Assembly (NCBI RefSeq): GCF_001194135.2
Contig: NC_069000.1
Span: 27,706,373-27,742,812, forward strand
Direction of reading: 5' to 3'
DNA length: 36,440 nucleotides
Source of the DNA: Octopus bimaculoides
Taxonomy: Eukaryota
The translations under genes were made by a program, and so were the position numbers. The first letter of the stretch is position 1; each line of letters starts with the position of its first letter. The notes beneath the pieces were generated by a model, which was not told the DNA's origin, ran no database searches, and saw nothing but the letters and a program-made list of their open reading frames with translations. Below are positions 23,640-35,229 of the stretch, piece after piece.

Positions 23640-24722
23640 TATCATCATCATCATCATTTAACGTCTGCTTTCCATGCTGGCATGGGTTAGATGGTTTTAC
23701 TGGAACTGGTAAGCTGGAGAGTTGTACCAGGTTCCAGTCTGATTTGGCATGGTTTTTATGGCTGGATGTTATTCCTAACATCAACCACTCCAAGAGTGTA
23801 ATGGGTGCTTTTTATGTGCCACCAGCATTGGCCATGACTACAATCCCACTTGGCTTGACGAGTCTTCTCAAGCATATCATATTGCCAATGGTCTTGGTCA
23901 TTTGTCATCACCTCCATGAGGCCCAACATTCAAAGATCTTGTTCCACCACCTCATCCCATATCTTCCTGGGTCTACCTCTTCCACAGTTAGAGATCAGCA
24001 CTTCTTTACACAGCTGTATTCATCCATACACATCATGTGACCATACCAGCATAGTCATCTCTCTTGCACACCTGATGTGATGCCTCTTATGCCCAGTTTT
24101 TCTCTCAAAATGCTTACTCTGTTGATCATGCACCCTGATAATGCACATCCAGTGAAATATACTAGCTTCACTTTTTTTCAAGCCTTTGCATGTCTCTGAG
24201 GAAGAGGCCCTCTGTTACCAACAAAGGTAGAAGCACTCTAAATTTTGCCCACCTATTCTTATTCTAGCAGCTATGCTCTCACATCATCCACCTCCACTGC
24301 TAATTGGTCACCTAGATAATGGAAGCTACCAACTACTTCTAGGTATCTCCACCGGCACTTGATGGAGTCTATTTTCTGTACATTTCTTGTGTTTATTGTA
24401 TCTGCACATCTGCCACACACAAAGACTATTTTCCCTATTAACCTTCCTCTGATATTGCTGCACCTCTTATATGTCCATAGCTTGCACCAGGCGCATCTTA
24501 TGGAGTTTCTACCTATGCCTTTTCTACATATTGAGCAGGGCCATCTACCTGTAGGGATTTGATTTGTCCACTTTCCAGCTCACTAAACATTTGGTTTTTG
24601 TTAAATTAACTCTAAGGCCTTTTGATTTTAGACCCTGCTTCCATGCCTATAATTTCTTCTCTAGTTCTGGTAGTGATTCAGCTATAAGAACAAAGTCATT
24701 AGGATAGAGGAGCTCTCAGAGG
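23640..24722 (-). mobile_element. 5'-truncated RTE-LINE (RT C-terminus, zinc finger, 3' UTR) with internal deletions
   Basis: Has a (cat)n tail at 23640. The minus strand reads GRWPCSICRKGIGRNSIRCAWCKLWTYKRCSNIRGRL..FVCGRC, and a decayed LLYxxD motif lies near 24700. Confidence 0.88.
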
Positions 24723-24729
24723 CATTGAC

Positions 24730-25394
24730 AGGAGACTGAGACCTTTGGAAATATACTGTGATTGAGATGACCCAGCAACTAAAGTGAGATCACAGCCATG
24801 GCCAATACCAGTGTTGCATGTCCGGCCCATTTATGAGTACCCTTGATATGCCAGGCAATATGATATGCTTGAGAAGACCTGTTGAGTCAAGTAAAACCAA
24901 AATCATAGCTGTGGCCAGTGCTCCCTGACTGGCTCCTGTTCCGGTAGCATGTAAAATGCATCATCTGAATGTGGTTGATGCCAGTGTCCCCTGACTGGCT
25001 CCTGTGCCAGTGACACATAAAAAGCGCCATCCAAATGTGGCCGATACTAGGTCTGCCTGACTGGCTCCTGTGCCAGTGGCATGTAAAAAGTACCATCCAA
25101 ACGTGGCCAATACCAGTAACCCCTGACTGGCTCCCATGCTGGTGGCACATAAAAAGCACTATCCAAACGTGATCGATGACAGGCCTGCCTGACTGGTTCC
25201 TGTGCTGGTAGCATGTAAAAAGCACCCACTACACTCTCAGAGTGCTTGGTGTTAGGAAGGGCATCCAGCTGTAGAAATATTGCCAGATCAGATTGTAGCC
25301 TGGTGCAGCCATTGGCTCTCCAGACCTCAGTCAAACTGTCCAACCCATGCCAGCATGGAAAACGGACATTAAGCGATGGTGATGATGATGATGA

Positions 25395-25398
<4 letters not shown>
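24730..25398 (+). mobile_element. RTE-LINE 3' UTR-only copy containing a 66-bp tandem array, ending in (GAT)n
   Basis: The ctgactgg anchor occurs at 24925, 24991, 25057, 25123 and 25189. It is followed by aaaagcacccactacactctc...gcatggaaaacggacattaagcgatggtgatgatg. Confidence 0.88.
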
Positions 25399-25445
<47 letters not shown>

Positions 25446-26125
25446 TGTACACATACACATGCACATACATAAATGCACAGATACACATATAGGTGCACAT
25501 AAGTATGTATATAAGGCATATAATCATACACACATATATATGCATTATAACCTCCAATTTGATAGTATTTGTTTATATTTTAATGTGATTTAATTAATGC
25601 TTCTATTAAATACATTTACATAAACTGATTTCTACATAAAGCATAGGTGTTTATCTACCATATAATCAGTATGATGAATATATACTATTTGTTTACATTC
25701 TCGATAGACAGAGATCTTGTGTATTACGTTATCACAAATGTAGTTTATAGAAAGAATTTTGGATATTATCAATACATGAGAAATTAGTTCTCATATATTA
25801 TTTAATTAAGAAGTATTGTTAATTATAGTTTAAAATTAATATTAATGTTCAATAATAGGCTGAAAATATATGTATTGTAAGGTAAAAGTTCAAAATATTT
25901 AGTTAATTATAAGTATAAAGTATAAGTGTTGCATTAGTTATAGATAGGAATTGGTTACATTATGTCATCTCAATTAGTGTTAATAGAAATAGTTACAAAA
26001 TATATTCAATATGTAGTGATTAAGTAAATCTCAGTAAATTAATTAATAATTATTATTAATTAGTGTTTAGGATATTGTTAGAATTTTAGTTGTTAATTTA
26101 AGGTAATAAAGTCGAGACCTTGCAC

Positions 26126-27670
26126 TAATTGCTGAGTCACTATCAGAACTAGAGGACAAGTTTCAGGTGTGGAAGCAAGGACTAGAATCGAAGGGCCTTA
26201 GAATCAACCTAGCTAAAACCAAAGTCCTAATAAGTAGGAAGGTAGAAAAATCACAAACACCTTCAGGTAGATGGCCCTGCTCGATCTGTAGAAAAGGCGT
26301 ATGTAGAAACTCTATACAATGCACCCAGTGCAAGCTATTGGCACATAAGAGGTGCAGCAATATCAAAGGAAGGTTAACTAGGAAGTTAGTTTTTGTATGT
26401 GGCAGATGTTCAGGAGCTATAAACACTGTAAATGTGCAGAAAACAACTTCTGCCACATTCCAGGGAGAAAAATTAGAAGTGGTTGATAGCTTCCGCTATC
26501 TAGGTGACCAAGTTAGTAGTGGGGGAGGGTGCNNNNNNNNNNNNNNNNNNNNNNNNNNNNNNNNNNNNNNNNNNNNNNNNNNNNNNNNNNNNNNNNNNNN
26601 NNNNNNNNNNNNNNNNNNNNNNNNNNNNNNNNNNNNNNNNNNNNNNNNNNNNNNNNNNNNNNNNNNNNNNNNNNNNNNNNNNNNNNNNNNNNNNNNNNNN
26701 NNNNNNNNNNNNNNNNNNNNNNNNNNNNNNNNNNNNNNNNNNNNNNNNNNNNNNNNNNNNNNNNNNNNNNNNNNNNNNNNNNNNNNNNNNNNNNNNNNNN
26801 NNNNNNNNNNNNNNNNNNNNNNNNNNNNNNNNNNNNNNNNNNNNNNNNNNNNNNNNNNNNNNNNNNNNNNNNNNNNNNNNNNNNNNNNNNNNNNNNNNNN
26901 NNNNNNNNNNNNNNNNNNNNNNNNNNNNNNNNNNNNNNNNNNNNNNNNNNNNNNNNNNNNNNNNNNNNNNNNNNNNNNNNNNNNNNNNNNNNNNNNNNNN
27001 NNNNNNNNNNNNNNNNNNNNNNNNNNNNNNNNNNNNNNNNNNNNNNNNNNNNNNNNNNNNNNNNNNNNNNNNNNNNCTGTGCGTGAGAAGACCCGGCAGG
27101 CCAAGTGAGACCTAAATCCAAGGCCTCTGCCAGGGGTGTAGCCAGCCCACTTATACGTACCTTTCCTTCATTGGACACTAAACTCCGCTTGTGAAGACCT
27201 GTTGAGGCAAGTGAAATCGAAATCGAACTAAATTCGACGACTGGCACCCATGCCAACGTCGTCTCCTTCATTGGACACGAAACTCAGCTTGCGAAGACTT
27301 ATTGGGGCAAGCGAATGTGAAATCAGGATGGCACCTGTGCCCAGCGTCGCCTTTCTGGCACTTGTGCCCGCAGCATGTGTAAGGACTTTCGAGCGAGATC
27401 ATTGGACTGGCTCTTGTGCTGGTGGCACATAAAATACACCATCTTGAACGTGGCTGTTGCCAGTATCACCTGACTGACCTTTGTGCAGGTTACACGTAAA
27501 AGCACCCACTACACTCTCGGAGTGGTTGGTTTTAGGAAGGGCATCCAGCTGTAGAAACTCCGCCAAATCAGATTGGAGCCTGGTGTAGCCTTCGGGCTCC
27601 ACCAGTCCTCAGTCAAATCGTCCAACCCATGCTAGCATGGAAAGCGGATGTTAAATGATGATGATGATGA
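26126..27670 (+). mobile_element. 5'-truncated RTE-LINE (RT C-terminus with zinc finger and 3' UTR), interrupted by an assembly gap
   Basis: An open frame reads LIAESLSELEDKFQVWKQGLESKGLRINLAKTK...GEKLEVVDSFRYLGD before the gap. The family 3' UTR and (GAT)n tail follow it. Confidence 0.9.
26533..27076. other. Assembly gap (544 N)
   Basis: Run of N. Confidence 1.
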
Positions 27671-27859
27671 TCATCATCATAAGTGGTGTAATCAGTAATA
27701 GTTATCTTAATTAGTGTTTATAGAGATTGTTACAAAGCATTTTCAATAAGACTAGCCTGTCATATCAATAGGTAATATGTCTCCTAAATATTAGAGGATA
27801 TATGAATATTATATCAATAGTTCAATATTACCCTATATTATGTGTATAAAGTTTAATTA

Positions 27860-28786
27860 TACTTAGAGAAGACATATTTCGCTGAATGAAGACAAGATAT
27901 ATTTTTTCTTTTTTTTTAAGTAAATATTTTCCAGATGTAAGGATTTTTATATGCTTCTTCAGTACACAACTCACATATTTTGTTAGCGATTTTATATGAC
28001 TTTGCAAAACTAATTATCTCCCATTTAATATTAAATTCAATGGTGTTATCCTTTAATTCCCATATTAACTTACTTCATCTGGTAGAATTCATTTTCTGTC
28101 TATTTTTAAAGCTCTGTAAATGGTTAACCACCTTAATCTTAATTCTCTTTTCTGTTGACCCTATATAATAGAATTTCTTTCCTTGAGATTCAACTATACA
28201 TTGGTACACTAAGTTATCTTATATAAATTTTAAAATTTACATTTAATTTTAACTTTACAGTTGCAAGTTTCACTTACATCTTTATGTATAGATTTATTTG
28301 AAGTATTATTAGAAAGGGAGATAATGTGTTACTTTCCTTCTATCATTAAGACTGCTAACATTATTATTTGGGTTTGGGAGATTAAGTTGGTGTTGATGTG
28401 AATTATTGTATTGGATATTTCTATTACTGTAGAAATTATGTAATTTTTTGTTATTAATAGATGATATAATCATGAACAGGTTACGAGTTAAACTAAAACC
28501 AACTCTGACATATTTATAATTAATAATTTCACCTTATTTATTATTGTTGTTAAAATGCTTATAAATAGACTTGTATATAGATTTAAATTATTTTCAATTT
28601 GCATAACATATGGAATAATAAGCCAAATCATATTAGATTCTTCAGAATTATTTTTAGAGAGTTTATAATCTATTTTAGATATAGTAAAATTTATGGAAGA
28701 GGTATATAGTTTATTTTTTCTATTACAAATATTACGTGGATTATCAACAGTATGAGTATTCAAGGGAATTATCAGTTTATTATTAT

Positions 28787-28820
<34 letters not shown>

Positions 28821-28900
28821 CAAGGAATGGATTAAAGAAATCCGAGTGAATACCTTAGAATGTACTCCAAGTGGGTTAAATATATCTTGTGACAAGTACA
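27860..28900 (-). mobile_element. Penelope-like element GIY-YIG fragment, AT-rich and decayed
   Basis: My translation of the minus strand reads KKFYYIGSTEKRIKIKVVNHLQSFKNRQKMNST-R*SKLIWELKDNTIEFNIKWEIISFAKSYKIANKICELCTEE (about 28180 to 27955). Confidence 0.8.
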
Positions 28901-31900
28901 AACTTTAAATCTGATTGGTACATTAATCACAGAGTTTAATAATAAACAGAGGAAGAATGAAGAGTTGTATGACTATTTGCTGACATCTTTCACAAAGCTT
29001 GTGTAACCATAACTTCATTAAACAATGAAACAGTCATCTTGCAAACTTTTCTCACCAGAGCTCAAAATTCACTCTGGTAGATTTCTTAAATATTGCTGTA
29101 AACATGGTTGTTTAGGTTGAGGAAGCAGACAATGTACATATCATATTACAATCTTTTAGTTGTTATCTACATCTAGAGTTCATGGTCAGTGATGACAAAT
29201 GTCGATGTGTAGAAGTCAGTGAGAAGGAGCTGTAGAGAAGGTTAGTTAGTATTTGATGTCTTTATTTTATGGTAGTCCATTGTAGAGATGTATTGTGATA
29301 AAAAAAATGTTAAGTAACTTTTTCAAAGAATATACAATCTGATAATTTGCTGCACCATTTCTATTTAGAAAAATCAAATTTTGATTTATTCTCATTTATT
29401 TAGTAAAACATTCTTTAAATTTCCAAACCAAGATCCAACTTAACTTGTATGGATGTAAGGAAAAGGAAATAAACTCTATACCTAAGTTATGTTATTAACA
29501 ATTATTTTATCTTCTTAATTTACTCACTATTATAATGCAAAAGAGAATCTTTTCTTAACTAACTCGAGTATAAATAAATTAATTCAATGCCTAAGTTACA
29601 CTATCAACAATTCTTCCTCTTCCTTCTTAACATTTAGTAATGGTTACAAATTTTTACCAAAATAACTTTAATTTTTTAAAATTCAATTCCCAAAGTATTG
29701 CACCAAATATAATTTAGTTTACTATTTCATACAATTTAATTTAGTTTTTATTTAAAAGCATCCAATTTAACTGATTTTTCTAAATATAAATGACATGGTG
29801 AATTGTCAGATTGTATCCTCATAAAAAGTTACTTAGCTCTTAAATGTTTTATTGCACTAACCCATCCCTGCCATGGATTGATATTAAATACTAACCAAAC
29901 TTTTCTAGAGTCTCCTCACAGACACCAACAACTGGTAACATTTTGACCTCACTGCCCTTGAACTTTGCATACAGATTAGAACTAATAAAAAGTTATATTA
30001 TACATATACTGTTCACTACCTCAACCTAAGCAATTACATTCATAACAGTTTTTGAAAACTCTAACACAGCAAATTTTGAGCTCTGATGAGAAAAGTTTGC
30101 AAGGTGACCTCCATTGATTAATTGATCAAATATGTATACAAACTATTGTGTAAATGAAGGTACAGGTTTTGCAAGCTCAGTGAAACATATCAACAAATAA
30201 AGTCACATAACTCCTGTCTGTCTGTATGTATTTATGACTGTATGTACCTGTTTACCATCATTTTCCTCTCCACGCAATATTTGATCACTGTTATCTCTTT
30301 TTATGGTTGTTTGAGGGATGTTTCTACCTGCACTTCTGTGAAACTTTTAGACTTGTCTTCTATACCAGCTTGTTTCCTTGGCTTCACACCCTCTCACATT
30401 AAATTTTTTACTTGGCAATCCCTATCCCCATCAAATCAGTGTTCCAGCTTCAGTTTTAGCTCTTCTTTCTATGCCGCATCTGCTAACTTCTAGACCTTAT
30501 GACACTATAAGTAAACTGACAGGCTGCAACTCAATCAGTTCTATGCAAACTATTCCTGGTAGCATATGTGCTAAATTTCTGATCTATCAGAAACATTTAG
30601 GCAAATGAATTAAACCACCCTTTTAGGCTTGTTTTTTCACATCCTACACACAACCAAAACTCTCCCAAATTGTCCAAGGGCTTCACTACTTATTTTGTAG
30701 AATTCTCTTTTCCTTCTTTCTCAACTATAATTGTTCATTAAGCAGCACTTATGTGGATAAAACCTGCTCTTTTTGCATCCAACTCCACAAACAAGGAAAA
30801 TCTCCTCCAAACACTCACTTTTCACCTGCCAAGCTCACCCCTTCCCCAGTCATGTTCATAAATGCTGGGTGTGAATGCACTGTTTATTGCTTCAAACTAA
30901 CAATGCAACTGGCACTGAAAATAACAACTACATTATCCTCAAATAATGTCTCTTAAAGGTAGCTCCTATGCTCACTAAACTCTTCAATCCATATCTCTGT
31001 CTAGAGAAAAATATCCATGTCTTTGTCCATGTGCAACAATATGTTTAATTCCTAAAGAGAGCAACCCTTCTGACCTGCAAACTACTGTTCTGCCAAAATC
31101 ACTGCAAAAAATCTCAAGGGCAATAGAGACAGTCATTAACGACAACACTCAAAATCTATTGGAGACCTACCCTCTAATGTCACACATTTGTGGACCCTTG
31201 CCCTCAAGAAACTTGGTTGAAATATTGTTGTTGAACTTGCTATCCGTAAACAAGTCTACTGTCTGGCTCTCATAGCAAAACTGCTAGCTTATAAGCTCCA
31301 TCCGTCTTTTGTTGTTCGGACTGGAGGCTTCCTATGAACTCACACCATTGTAGCCAGGTTGGTGGAGCTCTTTCTGACCCATACTATCATCTCTGGTGTA
31401 CCTTAAAGTTCAGGTTTAAACCCTACACTCTTCTTCCTATACATGAAAACCTACATGCTGTTATTTACAACAATGCCCATTCCTGTGCAAATGATATCAC
31501 ACTTCATTTCTTCCCAATCTTCCACACTCAAGCTTTATCCACAGCTATCCTAGATACTTCACACCAAACTATCACTAACATCATGAACAGAGAACTAGAA
31601 AATATTTTACAAGGGGATCAAGTCAATCTTGTTTCCTCCAACACAACACACAATCATTATCAAGAAAATACAATCATAATACTACCCTCTGAACATGAAT
31701 AACATTCAAATAGAATCATGAAGGTTACTGGACATGCTATGGTTTACTGTCACTGAGTATCTCTCCATGTAAACATACATCTTCTGCATAACAAAAACTA
31801 CATTACAAAGACTGACCTACATCTTCAGAACTAGAAAATAATTCAGCCTCCAACAACTACAAAGTCTCTACAAAATTCAGCTAAGACCTGCCATGGAGTA

Positions 31901-32412
31901 TTGCTCCCACATCTGAGATGGTGCTACTGCTACACATAAAGACATCCTGAATTATGCCTGCCAAAGTGAGTGGGTACCCGACTAATGACATGAAGTTACT
32001 TGCCAGCATCCTCTCCTTTCTGATTCACTAATGTGCTGAGTTCTCCTTGTGTCTTTTCAACTGAGACTACAGTGTAGTATCCCAGAAATTACTATTTTGG
32101 TTTCTGCCCATGTTTTTTTTTCTAAAGCCATCAGCTGCTTAAGAGAAAATTAACTGTATTAATTTCACTGGTCTTTGGAGGGCCTGGGAAGGCCATAGGT
32201 ACTTCCAGATGAAACAAAAAGGTCAAGTTTGCCTCATTTCATAGGAATAAAAAGTGAAATAAAGTATACTGATTTAACATTTAAGAGTTTAACTTAACTT
32301 GGGTAGTTAAAAAACAAAAATTAAAATGTAATGGGTGGGACAGTTTTACAAATAATCGATTGAATTAACTAGAATGAACGAAGGCATTTCTAACAGCTAA
32401 ATGTACACTTAC

Positions 32413-32525
32413 CTATTTTTATCAATAATTATAACAGGTCCTTCAAGCTGATGTCCAGACTTGAGTGAATCAAGTAGGTAGACATTGGTTTGACGATAGC
32501 CACCTTCAAAATAACATGGAACACA
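32413..32525 (-). CDS. OPLAH: 5-oxoprolinase exon: [37 protein letters not shown](S)
   Basis: Translated by hand (not in the ORF track). Matches OPLAH CYFEGGY..TxVYLL..L..GH.L.GP..IID.NS. Acceptor is ctttcttggacag and donor is gtaagt. Length is 113 nt, in phase with both neighbours. Confidence 0.93.
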
Positions 32526-33574
32526 CTGTCCAAGAAAGAAAGAAAGCATCAGTGATTGTCTTGCATTCAGTTTCATTTCTGCCCTGCAGTATTTAGTTAT
32601 GTTCCTTTATGTTTTCAGTGGAGTTTATTTTGCCTTTCATCCTTCTGCACTTTATATGATTGACTATACATCTCTTACAAAAGTTGTAGCCTTGTGTTGG
32701 AATAAAAAATTAGAATGAAAGGCAATCTGAACCCTGTTATTGGCAATATATCCATTAGAATTTGACTCATTAAACTGGAAATAGAGTAAACTAATGTGTT
32801 TTTTTTAATACTTTACTGTAAGATTTCAACATTGAACATCAAGTATCCTACTTCAAATACTCTGTCAAGTGAATTTACAATTCAGTACATAGTTTAGTTC
32901 TTAACTATCATCTCCTCCCACTAATTCTTGGAAATGAATCAGGCAGAAATTCAAAACTGGAAGCCACCAGGAATTTTTGCTTGCTGAAAACCCAGTTCTA
33001 TTTGCAGAATCACTTTAGGGAATTCTTTAATTAAACAATCATACTCATATTCTCAATTTACTGAAAATATGCAAAGATCATGGATACAACTTCTTCCTCC
33101 TCTCTAAACCATTAAAACTAAAATAAATTATGTGTTTACAATGTCTTAGTTTACAAGATATTGAAGTTTTTCAATAATGGACTGTCACATGATTATTCGC
33201 CTTATTTGTATGATTTCCTTTCAAAAGGATTGTGAGTTGTGGTATGAGGGCCATCAACTACAACTGTGTGTGGTTCAGGAGTAAATGGCCATCAGATTCA
33301 ATATAGAAGATGTAATCCATTTTAGTAAACATTTATTCAAGTATGAGAGTTGCAGATGAATGAATCAAAAAGGGTATGGGGCCCTTCAGCTGACAACTTC
33401 ATGATTCATATAATTTCACTGGCACTACCTGTGTTCATGGCAAAGACATTTAACTCTCAATGACTCAGTTTAAATAGATATAGATAAATACTATGGGGAT
33501 GTGAATTCACCACTGCAAGGGGGCAAAGGACCATACAACTGCCAACTACTGTGTCTCTTGAGTACAAATTGACT

Positions 33575-33893
33575 TGGGCACTCTGTTGGTTACATTGTGT
33601 GTTCCAGTTGATTCAATCAATGGAACAGCTTGCTCATGAAATTAATGTGAAAGTGGCTAAGCATTCTACAGATACACCTGTAACATAGTTTTCAGGGAGA
33701 TTCAGCATGGCACACCAAATGTGACAAGGTTGGCTCATTGAACAACAGATAAAACTCACTTTTGCCAGCCAAGTGGACTGGAGAAATGTTAAACAAAGTA
33801 TCTTGCTCAAGGACACAACACACCTCTAGGAATTGAACTCATGGCCTTATGATCGTGAGCTGAATACACAAACCACTAAGTCACATGCCTTCA
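33575..33893 (-). mobile_element. tRNA-derived SINE
   Basis: The reverse complement reads gaaggcatgtgacttagtggtt...gagttcaattcc...tgtgtccttgagcaagatact, which is an A/B-box head plus the common core. Confidence 0.7.
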
Positions 33894-34009
33894 CTAATAA
33901 CATTTTGTATCAGTAAATCAAATGAGTTATCTTAAGGTTTTATTTCCTTCTTTAGTTTAAGTGTAATTAGCAGGACATTCATACACAAATATTAGAGACT
34001 TAACAAGGC

Positions 34010-34410
34010 ACCAAAAATGAATGAACAAATACATGAATAAGGATGAAGGCGAACATGATCAGATTGTGGTAAAAAACAAATGTATGGTGAAGAAGATGAA
34101 TAATGAAAATGAAAAAGAATGAAGATGATAAACAATTGAAGAAAACAAATAAATCAACAAATAAGACAAATGTATAAGGAAGAAGAATGAACAAACGAGA
34201 AAATTAAACAATGCAGGAAAAGGAATGATGAAAACAAATAGATGGAGACAACTGAATGATGAGGACAAATGAACAATGATGATGAATGATTGAAAAATAT
34301 GAATGACTGATGAAGAATATGAATGCATGATGAAGCATATGAAAGAATGATGAAGACAATCAAGCAATGAAGGTAAATAAGTAAATTATGATGACAAAGG
34401 AATGATGAAG
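34010..34410 (+). repeat. Low-complexity purine-rich (GAATGA/GAA/AAAC) tract immediately downstream of the first exon donor
   Basis: Seen directly in the sequence. It produces several spurious F/I/S-rich ORFs. Confidence 0.8.
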
Positions 34411-34430
34411 ATACAAAAGAAACTGCTTAC

Positions 34431-34569
34431 TTTCATAGGCTTTGGTTTGTCACTCCCATTGCTGAGTTGTGGACAGTACTCAGTCATACTACATCCTGTT
34501 CCTCTAACTCTGATGTCATCAACACTGATGGGACGGTTATCAAGTACAAAGCCAAACTCTCTTTTGTAA
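34431..34569 (-). CDS. OPLAH: 5-oxoprolinase internal exon (first in window): YKREFGFVLDNRPISVDDIRVRGTGCSMTEYCPQLSNGSDKPKPMK
   Basis: The translation matches OPLAH YxREFGF..VDDxRVRGTG. Acceptor is ttctcatttgacag and donor is gtaagc. Length is 139 nt (1 nt + 46 codons). Confidence 0.95.
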
Positions 34570-35151
34570 CTGTCAAATGAGAATAGAACAGTAGAAATCA
34601 AATTTTGTCTAGTGTTCTAGTCTTGTCAGTTTGATAAATCCTTTACATTACAACAATTCACTTCAGAAAATGAGACTTACAATTATAATCATTAAAACCT
34701 GTAGCCTAAAAAAAAAGTTTAAGTGCACAACAAGAAAGGAAATCTTTTCCTCCACTTTTCCTAGTCATCATGTGTTCTATCAATTTCCTCCTAGTCCACA
34801 ATAGGATGTCATAGTGTTTTGTAATAAAACCACTTTGTTTTCGGCTTTTTAACAACTGTCAAAAAAGTTTTATGGTTCAGTCTTTCCAGTAATTTCTCTC
34901 TCAACACTCCATAACAATAACAACTCCATTTAAAATGCCTGTTTTGGCAATACAATATTAATATTCCAATTACTTGGCCACAATTACAGATGTTACTGAA
35001 AGATATGTCATCCTTCAGTAAAGATGAATTGATACATTCTATATGTCTGTTAAACTATCAGTAGTGCAAGCAGGTCAGCGTCAAACTCCACAAGCAAGCT
35101 CTTTATGTGTTCTACCGAAATATCATATGCAAAGGAACTGATCAAAAACAA

Positions 35152-35204
<53 letters not shown>

Positions 35205-35229
35205 TAAAATATATATATAAAATATATTT

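Noticed and set aside
24925-25225. Regularly spaced repeats resembling a CRISPR array
   Set aside because: The whole 66-bp unit is homologous between copies, so there are no unique spacers. It lies in a LINE 3' UTR in animal DNA, and there are no cas genes.
21590-25593. Poly-M, poly-H and YIYI/VCVC ORFs
   Set aside because: These are translations of (GAT)n, (TA)n and (CA)n microsatellites.
26496-27271. Long ORFs of 185-313 aa in the track
   Set aside because: They are open only because they run through 544 Ns.
30250-31960. Probable very old retroelement remains (ORF 31334..31702 and neighbours, faintly PLE-RT-like)
   Set aside because: The motifs are too eroded to assign by eye. This needs a profile search.
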